DNA from: a virus
DNA: 64,000 bases
Virus record (IMG/VR): IMGVR_UViG_3300017917_003379
Strand: one strand, 5' to 3'
Part shown: piece after piece, positions 39,496-48,761 of the stretch
Numbering within the stretch: the first letter of the stretch is position 1
Layout of the letters: each line of letters starts with the position of its first letter
The notes under the pieces: model-generated
Database searches by the model: none
The model's input: the letters and a program-made list of their open reading frames with translations, nothing else
Told to the model about the DNA's origin: nothing
Translations under genes and position numbers: made by a program

Positions 39496-40026
39496 ATGAA
39501 GTCTCTATCTATGTTGGCAGTGCCTATTTATCAAAAATTAGCACAAGGGTATCCTAACCTAGCTGAACGTAGAGAAGCTACTAAACAATATTTGTTAAAA
39601 GAAATAACACACTGGGGTATAAAGGAACTAGAGCAAAATAACAGTTATTTCTTTAAACCTATTGAATTTGAAAAAACAGAAAATAGTAAACCATTTCAAG
39701 TTAGGTTACTATTAGAAGATAATGGATTTCATAGTTTGAAATTTGGTGATTTGAATGCTCAAACAGATAAAGAAAGATTTGAATGGGATGAAAATGATCC
39801 TTTCAAATTAAATAAAGCCTTGTTCTTATATGATGTTATAAATAAAAAAATTATTCCATTATTACAGAAAAATAAAATAAAGGGAATACAATTTGAACCA
39901 TATGATGGAGATGGATTAGAAAGTGAAAGACTAAGCTATTTCAATAATATGTACAATAAATTAGGAAAAGATTTTACTTGGTATCAAAAAGAAAACACAT
40001 TTTATATAACAAAAAAAAACAAATAA
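39496..40026 (+). CDS. Late-motif hypothetical protein, putative head cargo
   Basis: Single gene behind ATATTTAT inside the replication block. YLLKE site near the N-terminus. Confidence 0.5.
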   Translation: MKSLSMLAVPIYQKLAQGYPNLAERREATKQYLLKEITHWGIKELEQNNSYFFKPIEFEKTENSKPFQVRLLLEDNGFHSLKFGDLNAQTDKERFEWDENDPFKLNKALFLYDVINKKIIPLLQKNKIKGIQFEPYDGDGLESERLSYFNNMYNKLGKDFTWYQKENTFYITKKNK

Positions 40027-40029
40027 ATA

Positions 40030-40302
40030 ATGTTGACAATAAAACGTTACACAGCCGCGTGGTGCCAACCTTGTAAGCAATTAGCACCTATTTTTGAAGA
40101 GTTAAAGAATGAATTAAATAATGAAATTGATAAAATTACTTTTGAAGTTATAGATGTTGATATTAATAGAGAATCAGCATTAGAAAAAGGAATAACCTCT
40201 GTTCCTACTGTTATTTTGGAAAAAAACGGAACTCAAGTGTATCGTTTTAGTGGAGTATTACCTAAATCTACTATAGCCGGTATTATTAAGAATCATTTGT
40301 AA
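40030..40302 (+). CDS. trxA: Thioredoxin
   Basis: WCQPC active site and SVPT cis-Pro motif. Confidence 0.92.
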   Translation: MLTIKRYTAAWCQPCKQLAPIFEELKNELNNEIDKITFEVIDVDINRESALEKGITSVPTVILEKNGTQVYRFSGVLPKSTIAGIIKNHL

Positions 40303-40391
40303 ATTAATTAAAATAAAACTTAAACGATTTGATTTTAAAGATCGAATGACATAACCATCTTTTTACAAATATAACTAAAAAATAAATAAAT

Positions 40392-42242
40392 ATGGATGTA
40401 ACACAAGAGATTTTATCGGAAATTACTACTTATATGAAATATTCTAAGTATGTACCCGATTTGAAGAGAAGAGAAACATGGTATGAGTTAGTAACTCGAA
40501 ACAAAGAAATGCACCTAGAAAAATTCCCACAATTAAAAAATGAAATCGAGGAAGCTTATAAATTGGTATATGATAAAAAAGTTCTACCATCGATGCGTTC
40601 ATTACAATTCGCAGGTAAACCCATTGAACTTAATAATGCTCGTATATTTAATTGTTCTTTTTTGCCTATTGATGATTGGCGTTCATTCTCAGAAATAATG
40701 TTTTTATTACTTTCAGGATGTGGAGTAGGCTATTCAATACAAAACCATCATATTGAAAAACTTCCTGAAATTAAAATTCCTACAAAAACAAAACGTTATT
40801 TAGTAGGGGACAGTATTGAAGGATGGGCAGATGCTGTTAGGATGCTCTGTAAAGCTTATTTTCAAGGTACTCCTTTACCTCTATTTGATTTTAGAGATAT
40901 TCGCCCTAAAGGTGCTCAATTAATTACAGTAGGTGGTAAAGCTCCTGGTCCTGAACCTCTTAAAGAATGTTTGTTTAACCTTCAAAAAATATTTGATCGT
41001 AAAAAAACAGGCGATAAATTAAGTTCACTAGAAGCACATGATATGGCTTGTTATATTGCTGATGCTGTATTAAGTGGTGGTATTCGTCGAGCTGCTCTAA
41101 TTGCTTTATTTGATGTAGATGATGAAGAAATGCTAACATGTAAATTTGGCAATTGGTGGGAACAAAATCCTCAACGTGGGCGTGCTAACAACTCAGCAGT
41201 AGTATTGCGCCACAAAATTAATGAAGAAGAATTCTTCAAACTATGGAAAAAAATTGAACTAAGCAATTCAGGAGAACCAGGTATTTACTTTTCAAATGAT
41301 AAAGACTGGGGAACTAACCCATGCTGTGAAATTGCTTTACGTCCATATCAGTTTTGTAATTTATGTGAAGTAAATGTTTCAAATATTGAATCACAAGAAG
41401 ATTTAAATGAAAGAGTACGTGTAGGTGCTTTTATTGGTACTTTACAAGCAGCATATACTGATTTTCATTATCTAAGAGATATTTGGAAAAAAACAACCGA
41501 AAAAGATGCTTTATTGGGTGTTGGTATGACCGGTATTGGTAGTGGTGTTATTTTAAAATATGATTTGAAAAAAGCAGCCGAATTAGCTAAAGAAGAAAAT
41601 GCTCGTGTTGCTGAAATTATTGGTATTAATAAAGCAGCTCGCGTAACAACAGTTAAACCAAGTGGAACTAGCTCATTAGTGTTAGGTACTAGCTCTGGCA
41701 TACATAGTTGGCATAATGATTATTATATTCGTAGAATCAGAGTAGGTAAAAATGAAACCATTTATACTTACCTATCAATCCACCACCCAGAATTGGTTGA
41801 AGATGATTTCTTTAAACCAACAATCCAAGCAGTAATTTCAGTACCACAAAAAGCACCTGAAAATTCTATTTTAAGAAACGAAGATGTAATTGATATGCTT
41901 GAACGTGTTAGAAAGTTTAATGTAGAATGGGTTAAAAAAGGACACCGTAAAGGAGCCAATACTAATAACGTATCCGCTACAGTATCTATTAAAGAAAATG
42001 AATGGGAAAAAGTAGGTAAGTGGATGTGGGAAAATAAAGAAACATTTAATGGACTATCAGTACTACCTTATTTTGGAGGTTCGTATACTCAAGCACCATT
42101 TGAAGATATTACTAAAGAACAATTTGAAGAAATGGTAAAACACCTCCATCAAGTTGACTTAAGTAAAGTAGTTGAATTTGATGATAATACAGCATTGATG
42201 GATCAAGCCGCATGTGCTGGAGGTGCGTGTGAAATAGTGTAA
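40392..42242 (+). CDS. nrdJ: Class II (B12-dependent) ribonucleotide reductase
   Basis: FNCSF, TNPCCEI, CNLCE, VKPSGT, C-terminal ACAGGACEI. No beta-subunit gene adjacent. Confidence 0.9.
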   Translation: MDVTQEILSEITTYMKYSKYVPDLKRRETWYELVTRNKEMHLEKFPQLKNEIEEAYKLVYDKKVLPSMRSLQFAGKPIELNNARIFNCSFLPIDDWRSFSEIMFLLLSGCGVGYSIQNHHIEKLPEIKIPTKTKRYLVGDSIEGWADAVRMLCKAYFQGTPLPLFDFRDIRPKGAQLITVGGKAPGPEPLKECLFNLQKIFDRKKTGDKLSSLEAHDMACYIADAVLSGGIRRAALIALFDVDDEEMLTCKFGNWWEQNPQRGRANNSAVVLRHKINEEEFFKLWKKIELSNSGEPGIYFSNDKDWGTNPCCEIALRPYQFCNLCEVNVSNIESQEDLNERVRVGAFIGTLQAAYTDFHYLRDIWKKTTEKDALLGVGMTGIGSGVILKYDLKKAAELAKEENARVAEIIGINKAARVTTVKPSGTSSLVLGTSSGIHSWHNDYYIRRIRVGKNETIYTYLSIHHPELVEDDFFKPTIQAVISVPQKAPENSILRNEDVIDMLERVRKFNVEWVKKGHRKGANTNNVSATVSIKENEWEKVGKWMWENKETFNGLSVLPYFGGSYTQAPFEDITKEQFEEMVKHLHQVDLSKVVEFDDNTALMDQAACAGGACEIV

Positions 42243-42253
42243 TATTTATTGAT

Positions 42254-42895
42254 ATGATAAAACTAATAGATATATTAAATGAAGCTATAAATAAAGATAT
42301 TGTTTATATCTACAGAAGTCAAAAAAGTTTACCCGATATTGAAGCCAATGGTATAAAAATGTCAGATAAAAATAAACAAAATTCTGAAGATTATAATATT
42401 CCTGATTATGGGTATACTTATTATACCTCTACTAGTAAAAATTCTAACTGGATTGATAGAAATCCATATGGAAATGCTGATAATCCGTATACTGTAAGAG
42501 TATCTATAGACTTAAATAAAATAAAAAACGATAAAAATTATAGTTTTAAAGATTTAAATGATGTAGAAGGATGGAACTACCCAGAGTATCAAGAAGTAAG
42601 AATATATTCTAATACAAAAGATAGAATACCCCCAGAATATATTAGTTCTATTGATATTCTTAGAAGAAAATCGGGAGATGAATATGGATGGGATTTTATT
42701 GGTAAACTTGACCTAGAACCAGAAGTAAAAGCATACATTGATAATACTTTTAAAGAAAACCCAGACTTAGATGAAGATTCGTTCCCATACGATGAAATGT
42801 ATGATTATTTTACAGAATTTTGGAATCATGAAGATGAGTCTTATGATGATGTTTCTCGAGAAGTTATAGATTATATAAGATCTAAAGTTAGTTAA
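42254..42895 (+). CDS. Putative head-packaged ADP-ribosyltransferase-like protein
   Basis: Leader MIKLIDILNE, then YIYRS, YTSTS, EYQEV and IPPEYI in the order of R-S-E ART motifs. Confidence 0.5.
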   Translation: MIKLIDILNEAINKDIVYIYRSQKSLPDIEANGIKMSDKNKQNSEDYNIPDYGYTYYTSTSKNSNWIDRNPYGNADNPYTVRVSIDLNKIKNDKNYSFKDLNDVEGWNYPEYQEVRIYSNTKDRIPPEYISSIDILRRKSGDEYGWDFIGKLDLEPEVKAYIDNTFKENPDLDEDSFPYDEMYDYFTEFWNHEDESYDDVSREVIDYIRSKVS

Positions 42896-43251
42896 TGAGT
42901 AAATTAATAGAAAATATTCATTATGTAATTGAAAAGAATAGGGCGGTATTTACTGCCCTATATCTTATTCAACAAGGAAAATGTTGTGGTAACGGTTGTA
43001 GAAATTGTCCTTATGATCCTAAACACCAAAAAGAAAATGTGGTGTTGGCAAAAAAAATTCTTAATTTTGAAATTATGAGATTAGAAGAAATACAAAAACA
43101 ACTTGAACAGATTCAATCAGTAAATTTTGAATCTACTCCTCCAGAACAATTAGAAAAAATAATTGAACAATTAGTATCAATGGTTGATACTGGAGAAGAA
43201 TTATTAAATAATGAAATACAAAAAATCAATACAGATGAACCAGACAATTGA
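42895..43251 (+). CDS. Cys-rich (DUF5522-like) protein, possibly with an internal second gene
   Basis: GKCCGNGCRNCPY. Internal TAATTTTG promoter box and ATG at 43075. Confidence 0.55.
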   Translation: MSKLIENIHYVIEKNRAVFTALYLIQQGKCCGNGCRNCPYDPKHQKENVVLAKKILNFEIMRLEEIQKQLEQIQSVNFESTPPEQLEKIIEQLVSMVDTGEELLNNEIQKINTDEPDN

Positions 43252-43444
43252 AGATGTTTTAATGGTAGTAGGATTATTAATACTAGCATGTTTATTATTT
43301 GGAGGCCCACTAATGTTATTATGGAATTGGCTTATGCCTGAAATATTTGGTTTGCCTTATATTACATTTTGGCAAGCATTTGGATTACAACTTATGTCTG
43401 TTTTACTATTTAAATCATCTAATGCTAAATTAAAAAAAGATTAA
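43235..43444 (+). CDS. Small membrane protein
   Basis: Two hydrophobic helices. LWNWLMPEIFGLPYITFWQAFGL. Confidence 0.65.
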   Translation: MNQTIEDVLMVVGLLILACLLFGGPLMLLWNWLMPEIFGLPYITFWQAFGLQLMSVLLFKSSNAKLKKD

Positions 43445-43445
43445 A

Positions 43446-44129
43446 ATGAAAAAAGGTTATATTTTAGCAGTAATTATTCTACTCTTAGTATTTACTGGTT
43501 GTAAAAAAATTCTTCAACTTAGAGATGATCCGTATCCTTTTGAAAATGGCAAACGATCAAAGCTAGTCATGTTGTATCCTAAAGATACTAGAGGATATTA
43601 TTTAGTTCCATTAGATACAACAACCAATTCAAATTCATATAGCATCTATGTTGAAGCAACTAAATTAATTCCTTTCTATTGGTATAATGGAGTATCAGTA
43701 ATGAGTGTTAAATTTGATTGTAATTCACACTGGGTATTAGGAACAACATCAGGAGATTTAGCTGTTACATTACCATTATATAATCCGTTTACTAGTTTAT
43801 ATAGTAATCCTTATTTTAACACTCCGTTACCTGTTAGAGATACAGTTATAGTATTAAACCATTATAGAAATAGTATTGTGCCTGTAGTACAAGAATCAAA
43901 TATATATTTAAAAGAATACTTTGCTGGTAATATGTATCAACCTGCTGATGAGTATCAACCTGAAGCAGGAATGTATTGGGGTAAACGTATTATAGGTCCT
44001 ATTCCAAAGTATTTTAAAGATGATACAATAACAGTATACTCTAAAATATTTTGGGATGCGGGAAATTATACTTATCTTCACCCAAATGAAACAACAAAAA
44101 TTGATAGTGTAAAAATAATCTTTAAATAA
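43446..44129 (+). CDS. Lipoprotein
   Basis: MKK, hydrophobic core, lipobox FTGC. Confidence 0.7.
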   Translation: MKKGYILAVIILLLVFTGCKKILQLRDDPYPFENGKRSKLVMLYPKDTRGYYLVPLDTTTNSNSYSIYVEATKLIPFYWYNGVSVMSVKFDCNSHWVLGTTSGDLAVTLPLYNPFTSLYSNPYFNTPLPVRDTVIVLNHYRNSIVPVVQESNIYLKEYFAGNMYQPADEYQPEAGMYWGKRIIGPIPKYFKDDTITVYSKIFWDAGNYTYLHPNETTKIDSVKIIFK

Positions 44130-44134
44130 AGTAT

Positions 44135-44599
44135 ATGAGTAAATTTCAATCAACAAAAGTATTTGATGGGTACAGTACAGTATTTCGTCAATGGAAAGCA
44201 GAAGGTACACATTGTAAATACCTTCATGGCTATGGAGTGTCGTTTAAAGTATGGTTTGAAGGTGAATTAGATGAGAAAAATTGGGTTTGGGATTTTGGAG
44301 GAGCGAAACGTGCTAAAGGTAAAATTGATGATATGAACCCTAAAGAATGGATGGATTACATGTTTGACCATACTATGATTATTTCTGAAGATGATCCTTT
44401 CATTAATGCTTTTAAAGAAATGGATAAAGCAGGTGTGGCACAAATCCGTATTTTACCGGCAGTAGGTGCAGAGCAATTTGCTAAGTTTATTTTTGAAAAA
44501 TTAAATACATTTATTCAAGAAGAAACAAATAATCGAGTTAAAGTAGTTAGAGTAGAATTTATGGAACACAATAAAAATACAGCTATTTATGAAGGTTAG
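44135..44599 (+). CDS. queD: 6-carboxy-5,6,7,8-tetrahydropterin synthase
   Basis: HCKYLHGY, WVWDFG, FDH, AE, E..KNTA. Confidence 0.88.
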   Translation: MSKFQSTKVFDGYSTVFRQWKAEGTHCKYLHGYGVSFKVWFEGELDEKNWVWDFGGAKRAKGKIDDMNPKEWMDYMFDHTMIISEDDPFINAFKEMDKAGVAQIRILPAVGAEQFAKFIFEKLNTFIQEETNNRVKVVRVEFMEHNKNTAIYEG

Positions 44600-45374
44600 T
44601 CATGAACTCCCTCTTTCATTGATGCATTATAGTTATGAATTTAATGACTATGAATATTGTTTACCAATATTTTTAGATAAATATGAACAATATCGTTTGT
44701 TCTTTCAACGAGCTAGATTAGACAAGAGATTCATAATTATGGATAATTCTCTCTTTGAAGGTTATACCCATACAGTAGAAGATTTATTTGACAAAATATA
44801 CTTAATTCATCCTAGCATATTCATTGTACCTGATGAATGGAATAATTCAGCTGCTACTCTTAAAAATGCTAAACATTGGATGATAAATTACAAACAACAT
44901 CTGCCTAAAGAAACAGAATTAATGGCAGTATGTCAAGGTAATACCATGGGTGAATTGATCACAACATACCAAACATTAGTAGATTTAGGTTACAAACATA
45001 TTGCTTTCAACCATGCTAGCGCAGCATATACTAACTATTATCCTAATCATAGTAAATTATATGCTCAAATGTATGGTAGAATTGAATTAATCAGACAATT
45101 AGTTGAAACTAATACTGTTAGAAAAGATATATGGCATCATATGTTAGGAGCAAGTGATTGGCGTGAATTTCAAGCATATACTGAATTCGATTGGGTTAAA
45201 TCGATTGATACATCTGCTCCTATAATTAATGGGGCTTTAGGTGTAAAACTTAACCATGATGAACCATATGTTAAACCAGAAGCTAAATTAGAAAGCATTA
45301 TGGAAGTAGATCTTACAGATAAAATGGATATTATACAACATAATGTAGAATTATTTAGAAAAAGTATTAAATAA
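44589..45374 (+). CDS. TGT-fold protein, candidate DNA 7-deazaguanine transglycosylase (DpdA-like)
   Basis: IIMDNSLFE, FIVPD, MAVCQG, HHMLG and SIDTS follow the TGT-barrel motif order. Overlaps queD. Confidence 0.6.
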   Translation: MKVSHELPLSLMHYSYEFNDYEYCLPIFLDKYEQYRLFFQRARLDKRFIIMDNSLFEGYTHTVEDLFDKIYLIHPSIFIVPDEWNNSAATLKNAKHWMINYKQHLPKETELMAVCQGNTMGELITTYQTLVDLGYKHIAFNHASAAYTNYYPNHSKLYAQMYGRIELIRQLVETNTVRKDIWHHMLGASDWREFQAYTEFDWVKSIDTSAPIINGALGVKLNHDEPYVKPEAKLESIMEVDLTDKMDIIQHNVELFRKSIK

Positions 45375-45381
45375 TATTAGT

Positions 45382-45558
45382 ATGAGTAAATACGAACAAT
45401 TAATTAAAGAAAAAGAAGAAAAAAAACGTTTACAAGAATTAGCAAATGCAAAAGATGAACAAAAAGAAATAAGATCTGATATAAAAGGAATGATAGACTA
45501 ACTAGCTCAAAACTTTAAAAAAATTACAAATGAGTTATCAAAAAGAAGAAATGTATGA
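45382..45558 (+). pseudogene. Small coiled-coil ORF interrupted by an in-frame TAA (45499-45501)
   Basis: MSKYEQLIKEKEE..GMID*LAQNFKKITNELSKRRNV*. The helical pattern continues past the stop. Confidence 0.35.
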
Positions 45559-45618
45559 AACTTCATTTTGATAAGGCAAAATATCTTTAATATATTTATA
45601 TAAATTAAAATAAAAATT

Positions 45619-45900
45619 ATGTTATCGCTTTATGATTATCTAGGTCAAGCCGCTGGTAAGGAATTAGGACAACAAGTAGCAGAATATGCTAAAATTAGAA
45701 AAACAAAATGCAGTATGCGTTATGTTTCTAATCCTAAATATAAAGGAAATGTAATATTATACACTAAAGAATTCTTGGATGAGTATTTCGAAGTAAAAAA
45801 ACTATTTACAAAACCATATAATATTGACTATACTGAAATTAATACTCAGTTAATGGAAGATAGTATTAAACAACAACAAAATGAATTAGAAAATGCATAA
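45619..45900 (+). CDS. Hypothetical protein
   Basis: SLYDYLGQAAGKELG..YKGNVILY..FLDEYF. Has its own promoter and overlaps queC. Confidence 0.6.
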   Translation: MLSLYDYLGQAAGKELGQQVAEYAKIRKTKCSMRYVSNPKYKGNVILYTKEFLDEYFEVKKLFTKPYNIDYTEINTQLMEDSIKQQQNELENA

Positions 45901-46744
45901 TAAAAAACAAGCAGTACTTAGTCTTTCTGGTGGTATGGATTCAAGTACTTTACTACTCCATCTACTTGCTAATGGTTATGAAGTTACAGCATTATCATTT
46001 GATTATGGGCAAAAACATAAAGTTGAACTAGAACGAGCAAAAGATCTAGTAATGTATCTTAACCAACAATCAGGACCTAATGCCCTTATTAAACCTATAA
46101 CTCACCAAATAATTAAAATTGATGGTTTACAACAATTACTTAATTCAGCATTAGTTGAAGGTGGTAAAGATGTTCCTGAAGGACATTACGAACAAAATAA
46201 TATGAAAGAAACTGTTGTTCCTAATCGTAATAAGATTTTTAGTTCTATTATTCAAGCAGTAGCATTATCAATTGCTACTAAAGATGAAAAACAAGAAGTA
46301 GATATTGCGTTAGGTATTCATGCTGGTGACCATGCAATTTATCCTGACTGTAGACAAGAATTTAGAGATGCTGATATGGAAGCATTTAGAATTGGTAACT
46401 GGGATTCTGAACTAATTAAATTCTATACTCCTTATTTACATGCTGATAAATTTGGTATTTTAGAAGATGGTTTAAAAGCATGTGAGAAATTAAATTTAGA
46501 CTTTAATGAAGTATATAAACGTACTAATACATCTTATAAGCCAATTCAATTACAAGTAGGAAATTATTTAAATAATCTACAATGGTTTTCTGATTATAAA
46601 TCAGCAGCATCAGTAGAACGTATTGAAGCATTTATTAAACTAGGACGTCCTGATCCTGTAGCATACGCTGATGAAACAGGACCTGTGAGTTGGGAAGTAG
46701 CTAAAGCACACGTAGAAAAAGTTTTAGCTGAACATCAAAAGTAA
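45893..46744 (+). CDS. queC: 7-cyano-7-deazaguanine (preQ0) synthase
   Basis: SLSGGMDS, FDYGQKH, VPNRN, HAGDHAIYPDCR. C-terminal Zn cysteines are absent. Confidence 0.92.
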   Translation: MHNKKQAVLSLSGGMDSSTLLLHLLANGYEVTALSFDYGQKHKVELERAKDLVMYLNQQSGPNALIKPITHQIIKIDGLQQLLNSALVEGGKDVPEGHYEQNNMKETVVPNRNKIFSSIIQAVALSIATKDEKQEVDIALGIHAGDHAIYPDCRQEFRDADMEAFRIGNWDSELIKFYTPYLHADKFGILEDGLKACEKLNLDFNEVYKRTNTSYKPIQLQVGNYLNNLQWFSDYKSAASVERIEAFIKLGRPDPVAYADETGPVSWEVAKAHVEKVLAEHQK

Positions 46745-46796
46745 GAAGGCAAAATAAAGATATTATCTTTAAGTAAACAAAAAACAATATATAGTT

Positions 46797-47033
46797 ATGA
46801 GTTATCAAACAAACGTTCGTGCAAATTACATGAACAAGACAGCAAAATTGGCATTTTACAATGCTCGCAAGCGTGAAGGTGATACTGCTCGCCTTGCAGA
46901 AGAAACAGGTTACACCACCCGTTTTATTAATTATGTGAAGCGTGGTGAACGTAGTGTAAATGATACTGTTGCTAATGCAATGTATAATCTCGCTCGTCGC
47001 CGCACTAAAATGAACAAATTAGCTAATGCCTAA
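46797..47033 (+). CDS. Small basic HTH DNA-binding protein
   Basis: DTARLAEETGYTTRFINYVKRGER helix-turn-helix pattern. Own promoter and terminator. Confidence 0.65.
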   Translation: MSYQTNVRANYMNKTAKLAFYNARKREGDTARLAEETGYTTRFINYVKRGERSVNDTVANAMYNLARRRTKMNKLANA

Positions 47034-47040
47034 TTTATTG

Positions 47041-47072
47041 ACATCCCCCGAAAGGGGGATGTTTTACTTTTT
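47041..47072 (+). terminator. Intrinsic terminator with GAAA tetraloop
   Basis: acatccccc-gaaa-gggggatgt then a T-rich tail. Confidence 0.85.
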
Positions 47073-47084
47073 AAAACTAAAAAC

Positions 47085-47309
47085 ATGAAGTGTATTAAAA
47101 ATATAAAAACTGGAGAAATTGTTAGGGTTGAAGATAAATTGGCTCACCAAACTGTAGGTATTACTTGGCAATATATTTCTAAATCTGAATGGAAAGCAGC
47201 CACTAGAGTAGTAACTGAAAAACAAGAAGTAGAAGCTGAAAAGAAAGAAAAAACTGTGAGTGAAAAGGCTGTTAAACGTTCTAAACTTAAATCAAAACAA
47301 AGAAAATAA
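47085..47309 (+). CDS. Hypothetical protein
   Basis: 74-aa basic ORF with KTGEIVRV..WQYISKSEWK. Confidence 0.55.
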   Translation: MKCIKNIKTGEIVRVEDKLAHQTVGITWQYISKSEWKAATRVVTEKQEVEAEKKEKTVSEKAVKRSKLKSKQRK

Positions 47310-47310
47310 T

Positions 47311-47874
47311 ATGATTCAGTTACCTATAGCTAAAGAAAGAAACTTATACTTAGCTAAACAAGTCGATCAAGCATCCATTAATGAAATCAGTAAGGAGATT
47401 ATTGATATAAATCAAAACGATGATTATTTAGGAAAACTAGCTGAACTTCACGGAATGAAATATACGCCGAAACCGATTAAACTCTATATCGATTCATACG
47501 GTGGTTATGTATATCAGTGCTTAGGACTGTTAGGGATTATTGATAAGTCGGTAGTACCCGTTCATACGATCGTAACAGGTGCTGCTATGAGCTGTGGATT
47601 TCTTATAGCAATTACCGGGCATAGACGTTTTGCATATGACAATGCAACACACATGTATCACCAAGTTAGTTCTGTTATGTGGGGTAAGTTAAAAGATATG
47701 GAAGAAGATCTTGAAGAAACCAAACGCCTACAGTCTCTAATTGAAGAACATACTTTATCCCGTACTAAGATGACTAGAGAAATGCTTGAAAAAAATTATA
47801 AGAGTAAGAAAGATTGGTTTATTAATACCAAGCAAGCTTTGAAACTAGGTATTATAGATGAAATTATAAAATAA
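47311..47874 (+). CDS. clpP: ClpP-family serine protease
   Basis: IDSYGG, AMSCG (Ser), MYHQ (His), KDWF (Asp), ALKLGIIDEI. Confidence 0.85.
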   Translation: MIQLPIAKERNLYLAKQVDQASINEISKEIIDINQNDDYLGKLAELHGMKYTPKPIKLYIDSYGGYVYQCLGLLGIIDKSVVPVHTIVTGAAMSCGFLIAITGHRRFAYDNATHMYHQVSSVMWGKLKDMEEDLEETKRLQSLIEEHTLSRTKMTREMLEKNYKSKKDWFINTKQALKLGIIDEIIK

Positions 47875-47879
47875 ATAAT

Positions 47880-48761
47880 ATGAGTAAAATAGATCCAAAC
47901 AAGTTATTAATTAGTAGTGATTTCTACAGCATCCAAGGTGAAGGAAAAAGTAGTGGTATTCCATCATACTTTGTACGCCTTGGCATCTGCAATCTTACTT
48001 GCGGTATGAGTAGAGTATTTGCTAATAAATTAGCTAAAGAACAAACATTAGAAGACGGGGAAATATTTGTAGGTGATTTACATGCTGAAGGTAAAGCAAC
48101 TTGGACTTGTGATTCTACAAGTCAGTGGTTATGGAGAGGTGAAGATAAAGAGTTTCAATATTTGATTGATCGTTGGAAAGAACAAGGTATCTATGAAGAT
48201 ATTAGAGATGGTATAATCCATATCATTTGGACTGGTGGTGAACCTACAATTAAAGGACACCAGGAAGCAATTGTGAATTTCCATAAGTATTGGAAGTCAG
48301 TAGATCCAGAAATTGATTTATATGATTTTGATGATCCTGAATATAATCCATTAAATGCTCATGGAATGTTTTATAATGAAATAGAAACTAATGGTACTGT
48401 TCATATTGAGGATAGTTTATTTTTATTGTTAAATCAAATTAACTGCTCACCAAAGCTATCCAACTCAGGTATGACTGAAAAACAACGTATTGTACCTGCT
48501 GCTATTAAGCGCATTATGGAACATAGTAATTACCAATTCAAATTTGTTATCAGTACAGAAGATGATGTTAAAGAATTATTCCGTGACTTTGTAGAACCAT
48601 TTAATATCCCACTCAAAAACGTTGTTTGCATGCCAGGATTAGATGATGTAGCTAATTTTGAAGAACGTACTCAATTCTGTCTTGAAATGGGGAAGAAATA
48701 TAAGTTTAGGGCCCTTACACGGCTGCACATAGCAGCGTGGAATAAAACATTAAACGTATAA
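47880..48761 (+). CDS. queE: 7-carboxy-7-deazaguanine synthase (radical SAM)
   Basis: FYSIQGEG, FVRLGICNLTC..WTCDS, TGGEP, IETNGT, SPKL, FKFVI, RLH. Confidence 0.9.
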   Translation: MSKIDPNKLLISSDFYSIQGEGKSSGIPSYFVRLGICNLTCGMSRVFANKLAKEQTLEDGEIFVGDLHAEGKATWTCDSTSQWLWRGEDKEFQYLIDRWKEQGIYEDIRDGIIHIIWTGGEPTIKGHQEAIVNFHKYWKSVDPEIDLYDFDDPEYNPLNAHGMFYNEIETNGTVHIEDSLFLLLNQINCSPKLSNSGMTEKQRIVPAAIKRIMEHSNYQFKFVISTEDDVKELFRDFVEPFNIPLKNVVCMPGLDDVANFEERTQFCLEMGKKYKFRALTRLHIAAWNKTLNV

